32,536 nt of DNA from a virus. The DNA is taken from the IMG/VR virus record IMGVR_UViG_3300045988_121526; one strand, given 5' to 3'. Shown one piece after another: positions 17,185-24,229 of the stretch (the stretch's first letter is position 1; every line of letters starts with the position of its first letter). The position numbers and the translations under genes were made by a program. The notes under the pieces were generated by a model, which had not been told where the DNA came from, did not search any database, and saw only the letters and a list, made by a program, of their open reading frames with translations.

Positions 17185-18330
17185 ATGGTCGCGCGTTGTC
17201 CCTTGGAAATCATCGCGTCAATTGGTGGCTGCGCTCCGTCATGGGCGGGTCTTCGTCCAACGCGTGCAATGTCAACAGCAACGGCAATGCCAACAACAAT
17301 GCCCCGACGAACGACTGGATACGCCCCCTGCCGTGATTCCCAAGCCTTGCCAGACCGTGCGGCCATAAGCGCCGCGCGCCGTGCATTTGAGGAAGGAAGG
17401 GGCGACCGTCGGGCGCTAGCCCGTAAATATGCACCCCGCGACGGTTGCCGTTCGCTGCTTGCATGGCGCGGCTTCATCGAGTTTGACTTGTTCGAGCGCG
17501 GCAAGCTTCGTCACATATGCTCTGTCCACTTCTCGGAGCGCGTGATACAGAAGTCTTTGAGCCGTCACGCCCTCGCTCCCGCGATCTGGCCTACACTTAC
17601 CGAGGGATGCGCCGCGAACGTCAAAGGGCGCGGCACAGACTACGCGATTCGTCGGATGAAGCGCCAGCTTGTCGAACACCACCGAAAGCACGGAACGGAA
17701 GGCTACATCTTGCAGGTCGATTTCGCGGACTACTTCGCAAACATCGACCACGACGCTTGCAAGCGCCTTATCGACCGCGCCATTGACGATGAGCGGGTTA
17801 AGCGCGTCATGGCAGACCAGATAGACGCTCACGGAGCGCGCGGCTTGGGTCTTGGCAGCGAGCCTAACCAGATTCTAGCGGTCGCCCTGCCGTCTCCGGT
17901 TGACCATCTGATGCTGTCCCTTCCGGGCATCTTGGCAAGCGGGCGCTACATGGACGATAGCTATTGCATCGCTCTTGACAAGCAGACGCTTTGGGACGCG
18001 CTTTCGCGCATCGAATCGCTCTGCGACGATCTGGGAATCATCATCAACCGCAAGAAGACGCGCGTTGTGAAGCTCACGCGCGGATTCACGTTCCTTAAGA
18101 AGAGGTTTTCGTATGGCGAGGGCGGAAAAGTTGTTGTTCGCCCGTGCCGTTCCTCCGTGACGCGACAGCGGCGCAAGCTGAAGAAGCAAGCCGCGCTGGT
18201 CGCCAAAGGGGTTATGACCGTCGAGCAGGTCAACCAATCCTACCAGTCGTGGCGCGGCAGCATGAAGCGCCTGAACGCGCACGAGACGGTAAAACGCATG
18301 GACGCGCTCTATAAGGAGCTTTTCGGCTAA
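17185..18330 (+). CDS. DGR reverse transcriptase (start uncertain: ATG 17185 reads through TR; TTG 17347 lies 7 nt after TR)
   Basis: RT motifs seen: GKLRHICSVHFSERVIQKSL, NVKGRGTDYA, ILQVDFADYFANIDH, LGLGSEPNQ (DGR motif-4 position) and GRYMDDS (YxDD). It is adjacent to TR and avd. Confidence 0.9.
   Translation: MVARCPLEIIASIGGCAPSWAGLRPTRAMSTATAMPTTMPRRTTGYAPCRDSQALPDRAAISAARRAFEEGRGDRRALARKYAPRDGCRSLLAWRGFIEFDLFERGKLRHICSVHFSERVIQKSLSRHALAPAIWPTLTEGCAANVKGRGTDYAIRRMKRQLVEHHRKHGTEGYILQVDFADYFANIDHDACKRLIDRAIDDERVKRVMADQIDAHGARGLGLGSEPNQILAVALPSPVDHLMLSLPGILASGRYMDDSYCIALDKQTLWDALSRIESLCDDLGIIINRKKTRVVKLTRGFTFLKKRFSYGEGGKVVVRPCRSSVTRQRRKLKKQAALVAKGVMTVEQVNQSYQSWRGSMKRLNAHETVKRMDALYKELFG
17213..17340 (+). 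repeat. DGR template repeat (TR)
   Basis: Cognate of VR. In the VR frame it carries 10 AAY codons and ends in TGA. It lies 30 nt after the avd stop. Confidence 0.9.
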
Positions 18331-18354
18331 AAGGAAACACGAAATCAGGCACCC

Positions 18355-18384
18355 AAGCCCTCGCACTAGCGGGGGCTTTTTTGT
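18355..18384 (+). terminator. Rho-independent terminator after the RT
   Basis: aagccctcgc-acta-gcgggggctt followed by tttttg. Confidence 0.75.
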
Positions 18385-18402
18385 TACCGAGAGAAAGGGG
18401 AA

Positions 18403-18852
18403 ATGATGGCACTTACCGAAGACGAAGAGGGCATGGTTCGCGCGATCATCGCAATCTTCAAGGCTCAAGCCCCGTCCCTATCGTCGGACGTTGCGGCCAA
18501 GTGCTCCGTGCTTTTCGCGGAGTGGGACGGGGACGGCCACGCCTACGCAGAGGGCGAGCGCGTGAGTTACGAGGGAGTTCTTTACGTATGCCTTCAGGCG
18601 CACACGTCGCAGCCCGATTGGTCGCCCACGGCAGCTCCGAGCCTTTGGGCGAAGGTCGTTGAGTATGCAAGTGGCGGTGATGACCCGTCGAGCATTCCCG
18701 AGTGGGTGCCGCCGAGCAACGAGAACCCTTACCCGAAGGGCGCTGTCGTGCGCCATAACGGCAAGGTCTGGGAATCCCTCGTTGCTAACAACGTCTGGGA
18801 GCCGGGGGCTGTCGGAACCGAAACCGTCTGGCGAGAGGTGACGGAGGGCTGA
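18403..18852 (+). CDS. Carbohydrate-binding protein with two CBM5/12-like repeats
   Basis: Repeat 1: Y.EGERVSYEGVLYVCLQAHTSQPDWSPTAAPSLW. Repeat 2: YPKGAVVRHNGKVWESLVANNVWEPG...W. Both are chitin-binding-type aromatic motifs. Confidence 0.7.
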   Translation: MMALTEDEEGMVRAIIAIFKAQAPSLSSDVAAKCSVLFAEWDGDGHAYAEGERVSYEGVLYVCLQAHTSQPDWSPTAAPSLWAKVVEYASGGDDPSSIPEWVPPSNENPYPKGAVVRHNGKVWESLVANNVWEPGAVGTETVWREVTEG

Positions 18853-18853
18853 C

Positions 18854-19300
18854 GTGGCGGAAAGCGTTTTAGACCATGCAGCGGCCTTCGGTGCCGAATG
18901 GTTCTTCGCGTTCCTCGTTGCTATCGGCTTCGGAATCCTCGCAAAGCAGTTGCTTAACGAGTACCAGCGCAACAACGAGCGCAAGGCGGAGCTTGAAGAG
19001 CGAAACGCAGCGCGACAGGCAGAGCTAGAGCTGAAGCGCGAAGAGCGCAAGCGCGACGAACTCAACGAGCGCGCGCAGCGCGACCGCGAGCGCTCGGAAA
19101 TGGAAGGCCGTATCGCTGCGCAGATGGAGCGAAGCAACAACATTTCGGAAGGGCTGCAAGCCGCTATGGAATCTCTCAGGGCATCCACGGCAGCGCTGCA
19201 CGACGAAATCAGGGAATCGCGCGAGCACTCGCACGACATGACAAACAAGGTCGATCACATCTACGACCGCGTAGACCTCATCTATGAAAAGGAGAGCTGA
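18854..19300 (+). CDS. Membrane-anchored coiled-coil protein (lysis-cassette associated, function unknown)
   Basis: GTG follows ggaggg. One N-terminal TM helix (WFFAFLVAIGFGILAKQLL) precedes a highly charged E/R/K coiled coil. Confidence 0.65.
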   Translation: MAESVLDHAAAFGAEWFFAFLVAIGFGILAKQLLNEYQRNNERKAELEERNAARQAELELKREERKRDELNERAQRDRERSEMEGRIAAQMERSNNISEGLQAAMESLRASTAALHDEIRESREHSHDMTNKVDHIYDRVDLIYEKES

Positions 19301-19301
19301 A

Positions 19302-19562
19302 ATGATTAACTTCACCGCACGCATCAAGAACAAGACTTTTTGGCTGACGCTCATTCCCGCCGTCCTGCTGCTCGTGCAGGTGGTCGCCGCACCGTTCGGC
19401 TACCAGTGGGACTTCGGCGTTATGAACGAGCAGTTGGCCGCAATCATCAACGCGCTTTTCGCCGTGCTCGCAATTCTTGGCATCGTGACAGACCCGACCA
19501 CGGCGGGCGTTGGCGATTCCAAGCAAGCGCTCACCTACACCGAGCCTAAGCGCGATGAGTAG
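19302..19562 (+). CDS. Holin (phiLC3-family-like)
   Basis: MINFTARIKNKTFWLTLIPAVLLLVQ... is the typical phiLC3-type holin N-terminus. Two TM helices, aaggagag RBS. Confidence 0.8.
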   Translation: MINFTARIKNKTFWLTLIPAVLLLVQVVAAPFGYQWDFGVMNEQLAAIINALFAVLAILGIVTDPTTAGVGDSKQALTYTEPKRDE

Positions 19563-20265
19563 GCTAAAGGCTATCGCCCTCGTGCTTTCCGGCGCGCTCG
19601 CGTCAATGCTCTTCTGTGGCTGGCTCATTGTCGGCCACATCGAGAGCGACGCGGGCGCGCTCGCTGAAGCGCGTGAACAGGGATACACTGCGGCTGAAGA
19701 AGACCGCCTTGCAATCGTTGTCGATAGGCCGATTGCCGAGGGAAACAGCATGCCGCTATGGCTTCAGACAGACCCGCAATGGGACTACATCCCCTATGCG
19801 GGCGGCACTATCGGCGACTGCGGATGCGGCCTTACGTGCGCCGCTATGGCTATCAAGTACATGACCCTGCAAGACATTACGCCGCTCACCCTCGCATCTT
19901 TCGTTGGCGACGCGTGCCTTACTGACGGCGTGAACGACCCCGGCAAGTTCTGCGCATGGATTGCCGAGCATTACTCGGAATACGGCATCGAAAGCACGCC
20001 GATTTCATACGACCTCGCGCCCGTCTTGCAGAACGTGTCTGACGGGTGGCTTGCCTTCGCGGGCATGAGCGGAACGCTCGGCGATAGAGACTACGGCGGG
20101 CATGTCGTGCTGATCTGGCGCGCGGACGATGACGGCTACTGGATACGCGACCCGGCGAGCGCCGGGAACTCTGCGCGCGCGTTCACGCTCGAAGAGCTAG
20201 AGCAGGTCGATTTCAGTTACTTCTACTGCATCAGAGGGGGCTTCTATGGCACTCAACGGCATTGA
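19555..20265 (+). CDS. Signal-anchored C39-like cysteine peptidase (putative peptidoglycan endopeptidase)
   Basis: An N-terminal TM/signal anchor (AIALVLSGALASMLFCGWLIV) is followed by GDCGCGLTCAAMAIKY (Cys motif) and YGGHVVLIW...YWIRDP (His/Asp). Confidence 0.65.
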   Translation: MSRLKAIALVLSGALASMLFCGWLIVGHIESDAGALAEAREQGYTAAEEDRLAIVVDRPIAEGNSMPLWLQTDPQWDYIPYAGGTIGDCGCGLTCAAMAIKYMTLQDITPLTLASFVGDACLTDGVNDPGKFCAWIAEHYSEYGIESTPISYDLAPVLQNVSDGWLAFAGMSGTLGDRDYGGHVVLIWRADDDGYWIRDPASAGNSARAFTLEELEQVDFSYFYCIRGGFYGTQRH

Positions 20266-21310
20266 TATTTCTAACTACCATCGAGGGCTTGACCTCGCGC
20301 AGGTGCCTTGCGATTTCGTTATCTGCAAGGCGACCGAGGGAACCACCATCGTTCACAACACCTGCGACCCGTGGATTCAGCAGGCTATCAAGCTCGGCAA
20401 GCTCTGGGGCTTCTATCACTTCATGAATGGAGAAGACCCCATCGCTCAGGCTAAGCACTTCGTCGCAAGCTGCCGTAACTACTTCGGCAACGGCATTCCC
20501 GTTCTCGATTATGAGATGTACGGGCGCATCGGCACCGACAAGGCAAAGCAGTTCCTCGATTACGTTTACGATCAGACCGGCGTTCGCTGCATCGTCTACA
20601 TGAGCCGTAGCGTTTGCACCGAAGAGGATTGGTCGAAGATTGCGCCGAATCACGTGCTCTGGGTTGCGCAGTACGCCAACAACAACCGCACCGGCTACCA
20701 GTCTTCGCCGTGGCTTCCCGATGGCGGCTTCGGAGCTTGGGGGAGCTGCGCAATTCACCAGTACACTTCGAATGGCCGTCTCGATGGCTTCAACGCGCCG
20801 CTTGATCTCGATATCGCCTACATGACGCGCGAAGCGTGGGGCAAGTTCGCCAACCCGTCCGGCGCGGCGACCCCTGATGTTCCGCCCGCAGAGGTCGCCG
20901 AGCCTTCGCCGGAGGGCACGACGCTTGACCTCGCGGCTGCTGTCATGCGCGGCGAGTATGGCGTTGACGATGAGCGCCGCGAAAAGCTCGGCGACCGTTA
21001 CCAAGAGGTGCAAGACCTCATCAACTACATTGACGGCGCTTCCGCTTCTCAGCTCGCAGACGATGTGGAGCGCGGAATGTTCGGCGTTGTTCCGACGCGC
21101 AGCGACGTTCTGGGCGACCGCTTCAGCGAGGTTCAGGCAATCGTCAACCAGAGGGCGGGCGTTGGCGCTGCGCGCGTCTACACCGTCAAGAGCGGCGACA
21201 CGCTCAGCGAGATTGGCGCTTCGCTCGGTATCGACTGGCGCACCATAGCAAGCAAGAACGGCATTGGGGCACCTTATACGATCTACCCCGGCCAGAAGCT
21301 TTCTTATTAG
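20246..21310 (+). CDS. Endolysin: GH25 muramidase with two Cpl-7-like repeats and a LysM domain
   Basis: GIDISNYH...DFVICKATEG...GFYHF... indicates GH25. YGVDDERREKLGDRYQEVQDLIN and FGVVPTRSDVLGDRFSEVQAIVN are CW_7-like. YTVKSGDTLSEIGASLGIDWRTIASKNG...IYPGQKL is LysM. Confidence 0.88.
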   Translation: MALNGIDISNYHRGLDLAQVPCDFVICKATEGTTIVHNTCDPWIQQAIKLGKLWGFYHFMNGEDPIAQAKHFVASCRNYFGNGIPVLDYEMYGRIGTDKAKQFLDYVYDQTGVRCIVYMSRSVCTEEDWSKIAPNHVLWVAQYANNNRTGYQSSPWLPDGGFGAWGSCAIHQYTSNGRLDGFNAPLDLDIAYMTREAWGKFANPSGAATPDVPPAEVAEPSPEGTTLDLAAAVMRGEYGVDDERREKLGDRYQEVQDLINYIDGASASQLADDVERGMFGVVPTRSDVLGDRFSEVQAIVNQRAGVGAARVYTVKSGDTLSEIGASLGIDWRTIASKNGIGAPYTIYPGQKLSY

Positions 21311-21315
21311 TGTTC

Positions 21316-21351
21316 AAGCGGGGTACCCTGACAAGGGGTGCCCCGCTTTCT
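21316..21351 (+). terminator. Rho-independent terminator of the late operon
   Basis: aagcggggtaccc-tgacaa-ggggtgccccgctt followed by tc. Confidence 0.65.
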
Positions 21352-21410
21352 GGCGTTATACGGGCTTACATCAAGCCGCCCATCTGGTGTTTTGCAAAAA
21401 CAAGAAATTG

Positions 21411-22979
21411 CTATTTTTGACACGTGCCAACGACAACAAACCAGTTTTTCGATACTCTAACGATGCAAGTATCAAGCTGGATAGCCGCGCGGTTGGCGGT
21501 ACTGGTGGAGTTCGCCGTTTTTCTCATAAGCTCCACCATGCAAGAATTAGTCGAACTGTGCCCTTCGGGGCATGGTTCGGCTTTTTTCTTTTTCGGGCTG
21601 AAATCGTTTCCGTAGTGGTCGAACGCGAAGTAAACGTTAAGCGTCTTCCCGTCAATTTCCGCGAATCGAACAAATGAATTTAAGATCACTTCGGGCGTTA
21701 GGTTTTCCGCCGCATCATCGAGCCACAGCATGAGTTCGTCAGCGCCGATGTTAAACGCTTCTTCTCGCTCGGCTATGCGCAGCTCCGCTTCAAGCTCGCT
21801 TTTGCGCTGCTTCAGCTCTTCGGTTCGCTCTCTTCCGCCGGGTGGCGCTATCCCGTCTTCTATGGCTTGCCAGATTCGTTCAAAGGTGCGGTCAATCCGC
21901 TTCAGCTCTTTCTTTATCGCATAGCTTCTTGATTGTTCCTTCGGCTGCTCTTTCTGAAACTCAACCATCCCGCTTGCTATGCGTCGCCTAACGTCTTCGC
22001 GCGCAACGGCTTGCAAGGTCATGTCGCAAACAACGTCTTCTATGAGATCACGCCGCACGGTTCGGCGGCACTTGCGGCACTTGTAGTAGTGATACGTCGC
22101 GCCCGTGCACGATGTGCCGCTTGTGCCCGCCATTGGCGCGCCGCACTTCGAACAGTAGAGCTTGCCGGACAATGGAAACTCTAGGGTTGAGTTGACCCTG
22201 CGACGCGGCCTATGCCGGTCGCCAAGTATGTTGCTAATCATGTCTTGCTCGGCTTGCGTCCATATTGCGGGCATCCCGTCTTCGACTTCGTGCCCAGCGT
22301 ATTTGTAGACACCTGCATTCTGAACGCGCTTCAATAGCTTTGTGACGGTATCCTGATTGAACTTTGCTCCGCGCTTGCTTCGCTCGGCGCTCACGGCGCG
22401 CACGATATCGGCGACAGAGCTACCGGCAAACAGCATGTTCTTCATCTTGCGAAGCACAGACGCTTCGCGCTCATTGATTACGTAGCGGCCTTCTACGATA
22501 TCCCACCCGTACAGAGTGCGCCCGTTCGCCATGCACCGCTGCGCGTTCTTCTGGATTCCGTCTCTGATGCGCTCACTATCAAGCGCGCTTTCATACTCGG
22601 CGAGAACTTCGAGCATGCCGAGCTGCAACACGCCGCTTGACCCGCTGGAAATGTCCTCGCCAGCGTATAGGATTTCTACGCCAGCCTTGCGAAGCATGAT
22701 GCGCGCAAGCGACATTTCATCACGGTTGCGCATGATTCGCGTAACTTTGTAGATCACCACATAATCAAATAGCCCGTGTCGGGCATCGCTCATCATCCGC
22801 TGGAACTCGGCACGGTCGATGTTTCGCCCCGTCTGTGCATAGTCGCAGTATTCATGCACGACCTGCAAGCCCTCACGCTCGCAGTACGCGCGCGAGTTCT
22901 CAACTTGTATCTCTATGCTTTCCGAACGCTGATTGTGCGAGCTAAAGCGCGCGTATATAGCGGCTCGGTTCTTCACCAT
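21411..22979 (-). CDS. Large serine recombinase (integrase)
   Basis: AAIYARFSS..Q (catalytic Ser region), a resolvase-like N-domain, a recombinase domain, a Cys-rich zinc ribbon (CSKCG...YYKCRKC) and a coiled coil. ATG 22979 follows aggggtg. Confidence 0.9.
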   Translation of the reverse strand: MVKNRAAIYARFSSHNQRSESIEIQVENSRAYCEREGLQVVHEYCDYAQTGRNIDRAEFQRMMSDARHGLFDYVVIYKVTRIMRNRDEMSLARIMLRKAGVEILYAGEDISSGSSGVLQLGMLEVLAEYESALDSERIRDGIQKNAQRCMANGRTLYGWDIVEGRYVINEREASVLRKMKNMLFAGSSVADIVRAVSAERSKRGAKFNQDTVTKLLKRVQNAGVYKYAGHEVEDGMPAIWTQAEQDMISNILGDRHRPRRRVNSTLEFPLSGKLYCSKCGAPMAGTSGTSCTGATYHYYKCRKCRRTVRRDLIEDVVCDMTLQAVAREDVRRRIASGMVEFQKEQPKEQSRSYAIKKELKRIDRTFERIWQAIEDGIAPPGGRERTEELKQRKSELEAELRIAEREEAFNIGADELMLWLDDAAENLTPEVILNSFVRFAEIDGKTLNVYFAFDHYGNDFSPKKKKAEPCPEGHSSTNSCMVELMRKTANSTSTANRAAIQLDTCIVRVSKNWFVVVGTCQK

Positions 22980-23075
22980 GCTAAAATCACCCCTAGAGCA
23001 AGCGCGGTAAAGCGCTCTGCTTCTTGACCAGCCCCGCGCGCGTTCCGCCAAGTTCCCGTGCGGGGTTTTCTTTTT

Positions 23076-23687
23076 TCAAAACAGCCTACATATCAAATCG
23101 GCTTCGCTTTTTTCTCTGGCGTTCCTAAAAAGGTCTTCATTGTTACTTATGAGATGCCCGGTTTCATCCGTGACGCGATAGGCCGTCACTCCGAAATCAA
23201 CGGTTTCAGTCTCTACGTATTCCTCGCCATTCAATTCATCAAGCATTTCGCAAATATCGGGCATGCACTTTCCCGATTCAACCCTATATTCTCCTTCCGA
23301 ATAGACCTGCCAAAGAAGAACCTTGCTATGAAACTCTAGGTTCTTTATAGCGTCCCTAAAAGACCTGTTGTTCCGATCTTCCTTCGCCTTTCTTTCGGCA
23401 TCGGCGATAGAAGCAAGATCACGTCTCTTCTCGGCTGCTTCTGTCTCAATTCTCGCGCGCTCTGTTTCGTAAGCCTTTTTCGCTTCGACTTCAGACCTCT
23501 TGTCAGCTCCGAAGCTGCCGTACAGGAAGCCAGCAATGAATGACACGGCGAAGATGAGAGCAGAAACCCACGGTGGGGCGGATGGTACCACTACGCTTAT
23601 GCCAAACACGCCGACAGTGCCTATTACAAGCGTGAGGGCGCTAACAATGCCATACAGAGACTTGAGGGATTGCCAAAGAGCTTTCAT
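23076..23687 (-). CDS. Membrane protein co-transcribed with the repressor (candidate superinfection-exclusion/defence moron)
   Basis: 203 aa with two N-terminal TM helices, a charged coiled coil and a C-terminal domain of ~90 aa with no recognised family. ATGA overlap with the repressor stop. The DNA is visibly AT-richer than the rest. Confidence 0.7.
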   Translation of the reverse strand: MKALWQSLKSLYGIVSALTLVIGTVGVFGISVVVPSAPPWVSALIFAVSFIAGFLYGSFGADKRSEVEAKKAYETERARIETEAAEKRRDLASIADAERKAKEDRNNRSFRDAIKNLEFHSKVLLWQVYSEGEYRVESGKCMPDICEMLDELNGEEYVETETVDFGVTAYRVTDETGHLISNNEDLFRNAREKSEADLICRLF

Positions 23688-24067
23688 CTATACCGCCGCC
23701 CGCTTTTCGGTGGCAGATACACCACGTTTGGCAGTCTTTTAGATTCACCCGCTGCTGCGCGGGCTGTCATGGCTATGTTCTGCCGCCATTGCGGCGTGCT
23801 TTCTCGGTAGCAACCTACTATTTCGCGCTCTTCAGACGTTAAGCGCTCGCCGCTGTCTTCTCTCGGGTGGTCTTCGTACCAGCCGAGAATGTCGTTTGGC
23901 GTGCAGCCTAGGGCAACGGCACAATTCCATACCTGTTCAGCGTTCATCATTGCCGCGCCAGATTCCCAAGAACGATAGGTGCATTTGTTTACACCAATCT
24001 TTTTCGCGAAATCATCCCTGTTTGAGTAGCCCGCCGCTTTGCGCAACCTCATTAGTTGGACGTTCAC
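23684..24067 (-). CDS. cI-like repressor (XRE-family HTH)
   Basis: HTH pattern LRKAAGYSNRDDFAKKIGVNKCTYRSWESG. GTG follows aaggaggg. Divergent from a Cro-like gene. Confidence 0.8.
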   Translation of the reverse strand: MNVQLMRLRKAAGYSNRDDFAKKIGVNKCTYRSWESGAAMMNAEQVWNCAVALGCTPNDILGWYEDHPREDSGERLTSEEREIVGCYRESTPQWRQNIAMTARAAAGESKRLPNVVYLPPKSGRRYR

Positions 24068-24098
24068 CGCTACCCTCCTTCGCTATTCGTACAAGTGC

Positions 24099-24127
24099 AT
24101 AGTACAACGTAGTTAGCTAATTCACAA
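24099..24127 (-). promoter_or_regulatory. Leftward (repressor) promoter TTGTGA-17-TACTAT with the palindrome ttagctaa (24113..24120) in the spacer
   Basis: Hexamers read on the minus strand with 17-nt spacing, about 30 nt upstream of the repressor start. Confidence 0.5.
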
Positions 24128-24146
24128 CGAAATTATTTGTTTTCAC

Positions 24147-24203
24147 TTGACATAGCTACTTTGCTTGTCTATTATTCCGTTACAGTTGCTAACGTGGTTA
24201 GCA
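24147..24203 (+). promoter_or_regulatory. Rightward early promoter TTGACA-17-TATTAT plus operator palindrome tgctaac-gtg-gttagca (24187..24203)
   Basis: Consensus -35 at 24147..24152, -10 at 24170..24175 with exact 17-nt spacing. The 17-bp perfect palindrome shares the GTTAGC half-site with 24112..24120. Confidence 0.6.
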
Positions 24204-24229
24204 CTTATTGACGAAGGAGGTGAACAACC

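Noticed and set aside
16523-17368. Two ORFs (16523..16954 and 17057..17368) that share ...VAALRHGRVFVQRV.CQQQR.CQQQCPD.RLDTPPAV and look like a paralogous gene pair
   Set aside because: They are simply VR and TR read in the same wrong frame. Both run across real gene boundaries (target stop, avd, RT start) and have Arg/Gln/Cys-rich nonsense composition.
17185-18330. RT interpreted as a retron, group II intron or Abi-type RT
   Set aside because: An A-mismatched TR/VR pair and an Avd-like gene flank it. I see no intron-like structured RNA domains, maturase/endonuclease extension or msr/msd-like inverted repeats. The motif-4 region has the DGR-like LGxxx(N)Q form.
21424-21615. 63-aa plus-strand ORF with a hydrophobic stretch between the endolysin and the integrase
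   Set aside because: It has no RBS and lies antisense to the integrase 3' end. The terminator-like hairpin falls inside it rather than after it.
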